Shown here in pieces: positions 1 through 8,129 of a stretch of 64,000 nucleotides of DNA (positions within the stretch are counted from its first letter, which is position 1; every line of letters begins with the position of its first letter). Under the pieces are notes generated by a model that saw only the letters and a program-made list of their open reading frames with translations, had not been told where the DNA came from and searched no databases. This stretch comes from Acidimicrobiia bacterium (lineage in GTDB: Bacteria; Actinomycetota; Acidimicrobiia; IMCC26256; JAENVU01). Location: positions 5,963 to 69,962 of the forward strand of contig JANYJV010000081.1 in NCBI GenBank assembly GCA_025361725.1, written 5' to 3'. Position numbers and translations under genes: made by a program.

Positions 1-259
1 TCTTTCCCGAGGCGTCCGCGCCCGTACCGCTGCCGCCAGTACCGGTGCCGCCGTTTCCGCTGCCGCTGGATGCCGCACCGCCCCCGGAGGCGCCTTGCGC
101 ACCAGACTGGGCCGCCGAGCTCGACTGCTTCTTGCACGACGCGCCGGATGGGCCGCTCTTGGCCGGAGCACTGCTACTTGACCCACACGACAACAGCGCA
201 AGGGTGAGCCCGCCAACCATGAGCGTGCGGGAAAACGAAATTCTCGGTGTGATCGTCAT
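1..259 (-). CDS. Putative lipoprotein, N-terminal 86 codons only (gene continues off the left edge)
   Basis: Reverse-strand ATG (259-257) opens MTITPRISFSRTLMVGGLTLALLSCGSSSS. This is a signal peptide plus an LLSC lipobox, followed by a Gly/Ser-rich linker. The frame is open to nt 1. It is absent from the ORF track because there is no stop inside the window. Confidence 0.45.
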   Translation of the reverse strand, partial: MTITPRISFSRTLMVGGLTLALLSCGSSSSAPAKSGPSGASCKKQSSSAAQSGAQGASGGGAASSGSGNGGTGTGGSGTGADASGK

Positions 260-613
260 GAGGACTGGTCGAGTGCCGATCAAATGGGGTTGGGGCTATC
301 AGGGGTTGCCGCCGGCGCATCCGACTCGACGTCGTCTTCGAGGTGATCCGGATCGTCGACGATCTCGTTGGCGTTGAATCCGCTCAGCACATCGCTCAAG
401 GGGTTTTCGGGTTCGGACTTCGGATCCATGGCGTCGTCTCCTCGACCGGTGATCGGGAATTTCTCAGTGGATCACCATCTACCCACTCTGAGGTCCTCCC
501 GAAACCGAGCAGCGCCAATCACTCCGCAACGCCACACCTAACGTTCCGAGAAACACCCCGGCCGAGAGCGTGTCGTCGGCGGGTCGAGCAACCCTGAAGC
601 GTAAGGTCGCCGG

Positions 614-1168
614 ATGGCCGAGACCTCCGTCACCACCCGATCCGCGCCCGGCGCGACGTCGGGAATCGAAACGATCGCGACGGATCGGTGGGCCGGGCGC
701 GCCATCGGCGCGCTGCGGATACTCATGGGGTTGCTCTGGCTCCAGAACGCCGGTTGGAAGCATCCTCCCTTCACCACCAATTCCGGCGTCGGGCGGTACG
801 TACAACTCGGCATCGACAATCCGGTCTTCAGTCCGTTTTCGTGGTTCTCGAAGCACGTGATCATCCCGAACCTGACGGCGTTCGGTTGGGGAGTGGCCAT
901 CGTCGAAGTCTCGCTTGCCGTGTTCTTGATTTTGGGGCTGGCCACGCGTTTCTGGGCGGCGGTCGGTGTAATCCAAGCCGTGGCGATCACGCTGAGCGCA
1001 CTGCACGCACCGCACGAGTGGGGTTGGTCGTACTGGATGCTGATCGGCATCCACGTGGTGTTACTCGCGACGGCGGCCGGCCGAACCTATGGCCTCGACG
1101 GCGTACTCAGACCGGTCTGGAGAGAACGTCCCGGTCGCGTGGCGCAACTGCTCATGAGGGCCTCATGA
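614..1168 (+). CDS. DoxX-family integral membrane protein
   Basis: The 184-aa ORF has 4 predicted hydrophobic helices and a DoxX-like pattern (RILMGLLWLQNAGWK, AVFLILGLATRFWA). Its stop overlaps the next start (ATGA). Confidence 0.7.
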   Translation: MAETSVTTRSAPGATSGIETIATDRWAGRAIGALRILMGLLWLQNAGWKHPPFTTNSGVGRYVQLGIDNPVFSPFSWFSKHVIIPNLTAFGWGVAIVEVSLAVFLILGLATRFWAAVGVIQAVAITLSALHAPHEWGWSYWMLIGIHVVLLATAAGRTYGLDGVLRPVWRERPGRVAQLLMRAS

Positions 1169-1590
1169 TGATCGACCGAGTGCGGCGCGCGCAGTTGATC
1201 GTTGCGGTCCTCGCGATCGTCGTCGGCATCAGCGTGATGATCGATGCCAACTTCTCCTTCAGCGGTGCCGGTGGCCGCTTGTTCCTGATCGGGGACAGCT
1301 ATCCCATCGGCTCGCTGATAAGCATGAACGCAACCGGCGGCGCCTTCCTTGTAGCGGCCGGCGTGCTCGGTGCCGTCAGCGCGCGCGCCGGTGTGGCCGC
1401 GGCCGCATGGCTCGGCGCGGCGCTCTGTGTCGTCGGCGCGGTTGCCGTCTTCGTCGGCCTCGGTGACAAAGAAACACTCGTGGGCCAGGGCAACGCTTCG
1501 AACGCAGCGGTCCTTCTGGCCGTTGCGGTCGGGCTGGGCGCACTGCAATGGGGCGCCGGCGCGGCGCGTGCGGACACGACCGCCGTATGA
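1165..1590 (+). CDS. Hypothetical membrane protein (about 4 TM helices)
   Basis: Internal ATG at 1165 in ORF 688..1590 (MMIDRVRRAQLIVAVLAIVVG...). The protein is Ala/Gly/Val-rich and hydrophobic. ATGA overlaps occur on both sides. The upstream 159 codons of the track ORF are Arg-rich shadow sequence. Confidence 0.55.
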   Translation: MMIDRVRRAQLIVAVLAIVVGISVMIDANFSFSGAGGRLFLIGDSYPIGSLISMNATGGAFLVAAGVLGAVSARAGVAAAAWLGAALCVVGAVAVFVGLGDKETLVGQGNASNAAVLLAVAVGLGALQWGAGAARADTTAV

Positions 1591-2186
1591 ACTCGATGCG
1601 CGTCGTCGACGCGGCCGCACCCGCAACCAGTCCGCTGGTTGCGCTCATGACCCCGGCGACGGCGCCGCTGCTGACTCGGGGTGCCTTCGCGGATGGCCAG
1701 CCGGACCCGATCACGGCCGTGCTCGCACAAGTGCCGGAGTTGTTCGATGTGGCGCTGCCGTTCATCGGTGCGACGCTCGGACCGTCATTTGTCCCGTTGC
1801 GGGCCAAGGAGATCGTCATCCTCCGGACGTCGGCGCTGCTCGAATGCGAATACTGCGTTGGCGCGCACACGGTCGTCGCGACCGATGCCGGCCTCGGCCA
1901 CGACGAGGTGCGCGCGTTGCGCGCCGAGCTGGATTGGGTCGCGGTCTTCACCGACAACGCCGAGCGCGCGCTCATCGGGTGGATCGACGCGATCGCCCTC
2001 GGGCGCGGCCGCGTCGACGAGTCGATCGCCACCGCGATGACCGATCATTGGGACGATCCCGCCGTCGTGGAGATCACCGTGCTCATCGGAACGACGATGA
2101 TGTTGAACCGGCTCTGCACCGGGCTCGGACTGCCGCCCGGCGCTGACACCCTCGAGCGCCTCTCGACCGACGGGTTCAGCGCGTGA
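1587..2186 (+). CDS. Carboxymuconolactone decarboxylase / AhpD-like family protein with CxxC motif
   Basis: The AhpD-like core LRTSALLECEYCVGAH contains a CxxC motif. ATG at 1587 overlaps the previous stop (ATGA), and its own stop overlaps the next start. Confidence 0.75.
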   Translation: MNSMRVVDAAAPATSPLVALMTPATAPLLTRGAFADGQPDPITAVLAQVPELFDVALPFIGATLGPSFVPLRAKEIVILRTSALLECEYCVGAHTVVATDAGLGHDEVRALRAELDWVAVFTDNAERALIGWIDAIALGRGRVDESIATAMTDHWDDPAVVEITVLIGTTMMLNRLCTGLGLPPGADTLERLSTDGFSA

Positions 2187-3016
2187 GCGCCATTGCCGAG
2201 GCGATCGACGCCGGAACCCTGCCGGGTCGGGTATGGATGTACGCGGATTATCACTGCAACCTCGCGTGCACGTACTGCTTGACCGAGTCCGCGCCCGGAG
2301 TTTCGAAGCGCCTGCTCGATCCGGACGAGATGATCCGGATCGCCCGTGAGGCAGCGGAGCTGGGCTACCGGGACATCGGAATCACCGGCGGTGAGCCGTT
2401 CCTCCTCCGCCATCTCCCGGAAACCCTCGCCGCGGTCAGCGAGTATCTGCCCACCCTCGTCCTCACCAACGGCACCCTGTTCAACGAGACCCGGCTCGCC
2501 GAGTTGGCGCCGCTTGCGCGGCTGCCCGTCGCGCTCCAGATCTCACTCGATTCACCCGATCCGGATGTCAACGACGAGATGCGCGGGCCGGACAACTTCG
2601 CGACGGTCATCGACGCGATTCCGCGCTTGCGGGATCTCGGTATCACCGTTCGGATCGCCACCACCGGTGAGCCGGACCGGCTCGACGAGGACGATCACGC
2701 GCGGCTCTGCGCACTCCATCGAGAACTCGGGGTGCCGGACGAAGACCACATCGTTCGTCCGATCGTTCGCCGCGGACGTGCCGCCGACGTCGGACTCGGT
2801 CAAGATTTCGCGCCCGAACAGATTCCGGCGGAGTTGTGCATCAGCGTCGACGGCGCGTTCTGGAGTCCGTTCGGTCCAACGGTGCGCGGTGGCGAACTCG
2901 ATACGGATCTGCTGATCTCGCGGACCACCGCGCCGCTGAGCCGCCCCGCGAATCTGCTTTTGCGGCTGATCCAGGGGCGACTGCCCGGCGACGCCGCCGC
3001 GATCGGCATTCGCTGA
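2183..3016 (+). CDS. Radical SAM protein (MoaA/PqqE-like core, no SPASM-type C-terminal Cys cluster)
   Basis: Contains the CNLACTYC (CxxxCxxC) motif near the N-terminus, a GGEPFL glycine-rich SAM motif, and a TIM-barrel-like periodicity (LTNGTL, SLDSPDP). Only one Cys lies in the C-terminal 200 aa. Confidence 0.85.
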   Translation: MSAIAEAIDAGTLPGRVWMYADYHCNLACTYCLTESAPGVSKRLLDPDEMIRIAREAAELGYRDIGITGGEPFLLRHLPETLAAVSEYLPTLVLTNGTLFNETRLAELAPLARLPVALQISLDSPDPDVNDEMRGPDNFATVIDAIPRLRDLGITVRIATTGEPDRLDEDDHARLCALHRELGVPDEDHIVRPIVRRGRAADVGLGQDFAPEQIPAELCISVDGAFWSPFGPTVRGGELDTDLLISRTTAPLSRPANLLLRLIQGRLPGDAAAIGIR

Positions 3017-3093
3017 GCGTGACGCTGCGCAACCCGGTCGGGTTGCATCATCTTCGCCAGTAGTCCTGCTCCGTTTCCGATGCGGCCTCAGTT

Positions 3094-3382
3094 GTGGGCT
3101 CGCACACCCTCACGTCGTACGCGTTCCACCGATTCGAGTGCGCGCTCCGGTCGGCTGCGGTATTAGGTGTGATCGGCGCCGCTGGACTCGGATACCAGTT
3201 GAAGCTCTCGTTCCAGAGCTTTGCGTTACGACGACATCTGGACCTTGTTGTTCGCCCTGATCATCCTGTGCGGACTCGGCGAGTTGCTGTCCAATCGAGT
3301 CCGACACACGACGATGAAGGCTCGCACGCCGTCGCGGCCGCGGGCCGACGACGGTCACGTCGAGAGGCGTCACCGGACCTGA
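3094..3382 (+). pseudogene. Remnant of a PhnE-type ABC permease (C-terminal about 95 codons, frameshifted)
   Basis: Frame 1 encodes FECALRSAAVLGVIGAAGLGYQLKLSFQSF. The frame shifts around nt 3222, and frame 2 continues RYDDIWTLLFALIILCGLGELLSNRVRH to TGA 3380-3382. Together these match the PhnE C-terminal pattern. The N-terminal two-thirds of a permease is absent. Confidence 0.45.
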
Positions 3383-3385
3383 CCG

Positions 3386-4024
3386 GTGATCGTTGGATTG
3401 GTGGCCGGGTGTGCCATCGGCATTCCCTGGGCCTGGTGGCGCCTCGGCGTCGATATCTCAACGCTTTGGGCGAGCCGCGCTATCGATGCGGCGACGCGGC
3501 TCGCGTCCGAGCTGATCCCGCCCTCCGCTGACGGAGGTCTCGGACACGTCTTCGACATCACGATTGAGACGCTGGCGATGTCGGTGATCGCGTTGACGAT
3601 CGCGGCGACCCTGGCGGGTGGCGCAGCGTTCGTCGGCGCGCGCCGCCGAGGCGGTCCGCTCGTGGTGGTGGCGACCGCCATGCGCATGTTCCTGCTGGTC
3701 ACGCGCGCGATCCCGCCGCCGATCTGGGCGTTTGTGCTGCTGTTCCTCTTCCTGCCCGGCGAGGTGCCAGGCGCGCTCGCGTTGGCGATCTACACGTTCG
3801 GCGTGCTCGGGCGACTCATGGGTGAAGTGGTGGAGCACGTCGATCCCGGTCCCGGCGATCGTCTGTGCGCGATGGGCGCGTCGCCGGCGCAGGAGTTCCT
3901 CTACGAACGAGTTCCGCGTGTCGCCCCGTCGTTCGTCGCGCTCGCACTGTTGACGTTCGTCGCCGAGCTCGTGACGGCGGCTGTGTCGAGCCTGGTCGTG
4001 AACGCCGTCGCCGCGTTCGTGTAG
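3386..4024 (+). CDS. PhnE-like ABC transporter permease, probably C-terminally truncated or degenerate
   Basis: Contains an EAA-loop-like segment (GEVVEHVDPGPGDRLCAMGASPAQEFLYERVPRVAPSF), TRAIPPPIWAFVLLFLF, and several TM helices. Only about 35 aa follow the EAA loop. No ATPase or binding-protein gene is nearby. Confidence 0.55.
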   Translation: MIVGLVAGCAIGIPWAWWRLGVDISTLWASRAIDAATRLASELIPPSADGGLGHVFDITIETLAMSVIALTIAATLAGGAAFVGARRRGGPLVVVATAMRMFLLVTRAIPPPIWAFVLLFLFLPGEVPGALALAIYTFGVLGRLMGEVVEHVDPGPGDRLCAMGASPAQEFLYERVPRVAPSFVALALLTFVAELVTAAVSSLVVNAVAAFV

Positions 4025-4034
4025 ACACGGAGTC

Positions 4035-5057
4035 ATGACGCACGAGCGTGAGATCACCGAGCGGGTCGACCTCTGCACGCCGGAGGGGGACACGCTCAAT
4101 CCCGCGGCTCGTGGGTGGTCCCGTGTTCCGTTGCACCGAGCGAACCTCGAAGGCCATTTCGGTCAGAACAAGCGGTGGGACTACTGGGCGATCCTCGCGG
4201 GTGACGTTGTGGTGTCGTGCGTGTATTCGGACATCGACCACATCGGTCTGGCGGATGTGTTCTGGGTCGACCTCACCTCGGGTGAGTCCGGCGGCCGCAG
4301 CATCATCACGGACCCGGGGCTGATCTCGTTGCCCGATCGTCCGGGCACCGTGCCGTTGCGGGTGGACCACGACGGTCTCCGGCTCACGCTCGTCGACAAC
4401 GAGACCGGTACTCATCTCGCGGGCGAGTGGACCGAGGCCGACGGCCGGGCCGGCACGTTCGACATCACGGTCGCACTGCCGCCGGACCACGAGTCACTGA
4501 ACGTGGTGATCCCGTGGAATGAGAGCGTCTTCAACTTCACGTCGAAGCACCAGGCGCGTCCGGCGACGGGAACGTTGCACGTCGGCGATCGCACCTGGAC
4601 CATCGGTGGTGATGCCGGCGACGCATGGGGTGTCCTCGACGTCGGCCGTGGTCGTTGGCCCCACGAGATCGCGTGGAACTGGGGTGGCGGCGCCGGCCGG
4701 AGTGGCAAGCACGTGATCGGTCTTCAGATCGGGGGGAAGTGGACTGCCGGCACCGGCTTCACCGAAAACGGGCTCATCGTCGACGGGCGGCTCACGAAGC
4801 TCGGTCAGGAACTGGTGTGGTACTACGACTGGGACGCGCCGGTGCAGCCGTGGCGCGTCGACGATCCCGGCGGTCAACTCCACGCGGTCCTGACGCCTCG
4901 GTACGACAAGGTCACCGATGTGGGCGACGACCAACTCGGGAGTCAGGTGCACCAGGTGTTCGGCACGTGGTCCGGCTCGTTGACGACCGACGAGGGGATG
5001 CACCTCAAGTTCTCCGACCTTCAGGGCTTCGCGGAGGAAGCACGGCAACGCTGGTGA
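4035..5057 (+). CDS. Conserved hypothetical protein, DUF2804-like
   Basis: A clean 340-aa ORF with good coding periodicity and an RWDYWAI motif. The family assignment is from memory only. Confidence 0.7.
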   Translation: MTHEREITERVDLCTPEGDTLNPAARGWSRVPLHRANLEGHFGQNKRWDYWAILAGDVVVSCVYSDIDHIGLADVFWVDLTSGESGGRSIITDPGLISLPDRPGTVPLRVDHDGLRLTLVDNETGTHLAGEWTEADGRAGTFDITVALPPDHESLNVVIPWNESVFNFTSKHQARPATGTLHVGDRTWTIGGDAGDAWGVLDVGRGRWPHEIAWNWGGGAGRSGKHVIGLQIGGKWTAGTGFTENGLIVDGRLTKLGQELVWYYDWDAPVQPWRVDDPGGQLHAVLTPRYDKVTDVGDDQLGSQVHQVFGTWSGSLTTDEGMHLKFSDLQGFAEEARQRW

Positions 5058-5950
5058 CGACTCCGTCCGAGCGGGCCGAATCGCAGGCGACGTCGATCCA
5101 GACGATTGAGCGAGAGATCGCACTCGTGCGGTCGCTCGCGGGGCTTCGCGACGAAGATCTCATCGAGGTGGAGGACGAGGGCTGGGACAGCCGGGTCTAC
5201 GTGGTCAGTCGCGGCGCGATCGTGTTCAAGTTCCCGCGGACGTCCGAGGCACGCGCCGCGTATGACGATGAGATCGCGATTCTGCGCGTGCTGAATGGAG
5301 GCGATGGTCGGGTGGTCGTGCCGACGCTCGAGTGGGTCGGACCCGACCAGTCCTACGTCGGGTACCGGGGGATCGTCGGCCGGCAGCTCGGTCGGTTGGG
5401 CGCGCAGCTCTCGGCGAGCGATGCGCACCGGATCGGGCGTGACCTCGGGGCGTTCCTCACGACGCTGCACGCCACCGACACCGAGGGCTTCGTTGTGGTC
5501 TCGGTGGAGGACGAGATCAGACAGTTCGCCAGCACGTTCGACGCGAGTCGTGACGCCATCGAGTCAGAGTTCCCGCGCTCGGAGTGGAATCGGCTCGTCG
5601 AGTTCTTCTCGACCCGGCTTCCGGAGACGATGCGCGCCTCGGGTTCGGAGCCGCGCGTCTGTCACGGTGATCTCGGCCCGTACAACCTGATCCTCGGGGA
5701 CGACGGTCGCATCGGCGTCATCGACTTCGGCGACGTCGGCATTTTCGATTCGGCCAAGGACTTCATCGGGCTTGATGCCGCGATGTTCGACGCCGTGCTC
5801 GACGCGTACGGCGGGTCCGACGTGCTCCGGGCCAAGGTCGAGATCCGCCGTCTGGCGCTCCCGGCCCTCGACCTGCCGTTCTACCTCGGCAAGGGTGATG
5901 CCGTCGGTGTGGCGGGGTGCATCGAACGACTCCGGAGCTCTTTGCTGTGA
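5054..5950 (+). CDS. Aminoglycoside/choline-kinase-type phosphotransferase (APH family)
   Basis: GTG 5054 overlaps the previous stop (GTGA). The kinase motifs VCHGDLGPYNLIL (HGDxxxxN) and GVIDFGD (DFG-like) are present. The upstream part of track ORF 4625..5950 overlaps the previous gene and is Arg-rich. Confidence 0.75.
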   Translation: MTTPSERAESQATSIQTIEREIALVRSLAGLRDEDLIEVEDEGWDSRVYVVSRGAIVFKFPRTSEARAAYDDEIAILRVLNGGDGRVVVPTLEWVGPDQSYVGYRGIVGRQLGRLGAQLSASDAHRIGRDLGAFLTTLHATDTEGFVVVSVEDEIRQFASTFDASRDAIESEFPRSEWNRLVEFFSTRLPETMRASGSEPRVCHGDLGPYNLILGDDGRIGVIDFGDVGIFDSAKDFIGLDAAMFDAVLDAYGGSDVLRAKVEIRRLALPALDLPFYLGKGDAVGVAGCIERLRSSLL

Positions 5951-6453
5951 CGTCCGATCCGTTCTCGCGTCCGCCGACGCTGGACGTCGTCTTGGTGGCA
6001 CCGCAGATCGCCGGCAACACCGGGAACATCATCCGGCTGTGTGCGAACGTCGGCGCGCGCCTCAATCTCGTCCGCCCGCTCGGGTTCGGTTTCGAGGACG
6101 CGCCGTTGCGGCGCGCCGGGCTCGACTATCACGACCTCGCAGACGTTCGCATCTGGGAGACGTGGGCCGAATGCCGGGCCGGGCTTGGCGCAGGTGGGCG
6201 GTGGTTCGCGACGACGACTCGGGATCCCGAGCGACGCTACGACGACGTCGCCTATCGAGATGGCGACGTCGTCGTCTTCGGCTGTGAGGCAACCGGATTG
6301 GCGGACGACGTGCTCGCAGAGTTCCCCCGCGACCGTCGGCTTCACATCCCGATGCGGCCGTCGAACCGCAGCTTGAATCTTTCGAACGCGGTCAGCGTGG
6401 TGGCCTACGAAGCGTGGCGCCAGCGTGGGTTCGACGGTTCGGCTACGCCGTGA
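5947..6453 (+). CDS. trmL: tRNA (cytidine/uridine-2'-O)-methyltransferase TrmL (SpoU/TrmH family)
   Basis: Motifs PQIAGNTGNIIRLCANVG, VVVFGCEATGL and SLNLSNAVSVVAYEAWRQ are present. GTG 5947 overlaps the APH stop. An alternative start lies at 5917. Confidence 0.8.
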   Translation: MTSDPFSRPPTLDVVLVAPQIAGNTGNIIRLCANVGARLNLVRPLGFGFEDAPLRRAGLDYHDLADVRIWETWAECRAGLGAGGRWFATTTRDPERRYDDVAYRDGDVVVFGCEATGLADDVLAEFPRDRRLHIPMRPSNRSLNLSNAVSVVAYEAWRQRGFDGSATP

Positions 6454-6898
6454 GCGTGGCCAGGTAGTCGGCGAAGCGGTCAAGGCTGCTCTGGAATCCG
6501 GCCTGGGCTTCGGGCGAGCGGTACATCTCGGGGACGTTGGTCTGGTGGATGAACACCTCGGTGCGGCCGTCGCCGAGATCGGTGAACGTGCTCGAGTTCA
6601 TCATCCCGCCTTCGACGCCCGGCTCGGTCCACACGATGCGCTCGGGTTCTATGATCTCGACGAAGACGCCGCGGCTCGGGTACTCGTCGCCGGTCTCGTC
6701 GTTCACCATGACGGTTTCGAATACGCCGCCCGGACGCGCGTCGATCGTGATCTTGTCGACGGGCGTGCTGACGCCGACTGGTCCCCAGAAGTGGGTGAGA
6801 TGTTCGGGCTCGAGCATGCACCGGAACACGAGTTCGCGCGGTGCGTCGAACACGCGGGTGATCCTGACTTCGCCGAGGTTGGTGCTGGTCTCGCTCAT
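6443..6898 (-). CDS. SRPBCC / Aha1-domain protein
   Basis: Internal ATG (MSETSTNLGEVRITRVFDAPRELVFRCMLEPEHLTHFWGP) is a typical AHSA1/SRPBCC N-terminus. It has a 4-nt overlap with the upstream ArsR gene. Confidence 0.8.
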   Translation of the reverse strand: MSETSTNLGEVRITRVFDAPRELVFRCMLEPEHLTHFWGPVGVSTPVDKITIDARPGGVFETVMVNDETGDEYPSRGVFVEIIEPERIVWTEPGVEGGMMNSSTFTDLGDGRTEVFIHQTNVPEMYRSPEAQAGFQSSLDRFADYLATLTA

Positions 6899-7275
6899 GG
6901 CTGCTTCGCTTTCTTGGTTGGTGGTTTCTTGATGGCTGGTGGGTGCGGCTTCCCTGATTGCAGATGTTCGAGATGTTTCGAGAGTTGGTCGAAGCGATCG
7001 GTCCACGTGGCGCGGTGCTCGTCGATCCAGGCGACTGCGCCGTCGAGGGGAGCGGGCTCCAACCGACACGGCCGATACTGCGCGTACTGGCCACGGCTGA
7101 TGAGGCCCGCGTGCTCGAGCACCTTGAGGTGCTTCGAGATCGCTTGGACGCTCATCGCGAACGGTGCTGCGAGTTCGTTCACCGTGGCCTCGCCGTCTGC
7201 CAGCCGAGCCAGGATCGCTCGACGGGTCGGGTCGGCCAAGGCCCCGAAGGTGACGCTGAGTGGATCGTCGCTCAT
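6895..7275 (-). CDS. ArsR/SmtB-family transcriptional regulator
   Basis: The winged-HTH signature is ALADPTRRAILARLADGEATVNELAAPFAMSVQAISKHLKVLEHAGLI. Confidence 0.85.
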   Translation of the reverse strand: MSDDPLSVTFGALADPTRRAILARLADGEATVNELAAPFAMSVQAISKHLKVLEHAGLISRGQYAQYRPCRLEPAPLDGAVAWIDEHRATWTDRFDQLSKHLEHLQSGKPHPPAIKKPPTKKAKQP

Positions 7276-7297
7276 CTGTATTCAATCAAATAGTTGG

Positions 7298-7313
7298 TCA
7301 ACCGATCGGTTGA
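7298..7313. promoter_or_regulatory. Perfect 16-bp palindrome TCAACCGATCGGTTGA, candidate ArsR operator
   Basis: It lies 23 nt upstream of the ArsR start codon (7275, minus strand). There is no loop, so it is a poor terminator. Confidence 0.4.
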
Positions 7314-7351
7314 GTATGAGACATCGGCGACGACCTGTCAACCCCTTGTTT

Positions 7352-8089
7352 TCAGAAGGCGGAGTTGGTGCCGGGGACGCCGGCGCCGAATAGCGCGGCG
7401 AAGGTCTGGTCTTCGCGTTGGCGCGCCGCGTTCACGAGGTCCTGGCGCGCGTCGACGATGAGTTGCTTGGTGGCGACGATCGAGCCGAGGGGACCGGCGG
7501 TCACGATCTCGCGTGCGATGGCGACGGTGCGCGCCACGACCTCTGCGTCGGGCACGACCTCGAGCGCGAGACCACACGCCACGGCATCGGCGGCGCTCAA
7601 CCAACGGCCGGACAACAACGTGAGCGACGCGCGCTGCCAACCCATCAGTGCCGCGAAGGTGGCCGACGAACCGGCCTCGGGTGCCACGCCGAGCGGCACG
7701 AACGGACCGCGCAGACGCGCGGACTCCGCGATGAGCGCGACGTCGCAATAGGGGAGCAGCGTCATCCCGATTCCGACGCCCACTCCGTTGACCGCGGCGA
7801 GCAACGGCTTCGGAAACGTCGCGATCGCAGTCATGAAGCCGGCGAACGCTTGGCCCTGGTCTGCGCCGGCTTCTCCGGCTGCGGCGCCCATCAGCTCGCC
7901 GAGATCGTTGCCGGCGCAGAAGCCGCGGCCGTTGCCGGTGAGCACGACGGCGCCGACGTCGTCGTTGCCGGCGGCCTCGGCCAGGTTCTCGGCGCAGGCG
8001 CGATAGAGCGCGCTCGTCATCGCGTTGAGCTTCTCCGGCCGATTGAGAGTGAGGAGGCGAACGCCGTGGTCGTCATGTGATTGGAGCAT
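7352..8089 (-). CDS. Enoyl-CoA hydratase/isomerase (crotonase) family protein
   Basis: Motifs LTLNRPEKLNAM, VVLTGNGRGFCAGNDL and AAVNGVGVGIGMTLL are present. ATG at 8089 is chosen. The track ORF starts at TTG 8173, which would overlap the next gene. Confidence 0.8.
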   Translation of the reverse strand: MLQSHDDHGVRLLTLNRPEKLNAMTSALYRACAENLAEAAGNDDVGAVVLTGNGRGFCAGNDLGELMGAAAGEAGADQGQAFAGFMTAIATFPKPLLAAVNGVGVGIGMTLLPYCDVALIAESARLRGPFVPLGVAPEAGSSATFAALMGWQRASLTLLSGRWLSAADAVACGLALEVVPDAEVVARTVAIAREIVTAGPLGSIVATKQLIVDARQDLVNAARQREDQTFAALFGAGVPGTNSAF

Positions 8090-8129
8090 GGCCGGATCCT
8101 TGCACGGCGGCCCATCGTGGCCGGGCCGC

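Noticed and set aside
280-429. A 49-codon minus-strand ORF encoding a very acidic peptide (MDPKSEPENPLSDVLSGFNANEIVDDPDHLEDDVESDAPAATPDSPNPI), upstream of the lipoprotein gene.
   Set aside because: It is too short, has no recognisable motif and no clear ribosome-binding site. I cannot support it as a gene from sequence alone.
45-597. Plus-strand ORFs 45..377 and 343..597 at the left edge.
   Set aside because: Their composition is Pro/Arg-rich. The opposite strand of 1-259 encodes a convincing signal peptide and lipobox, so these are more likely shadow frames.
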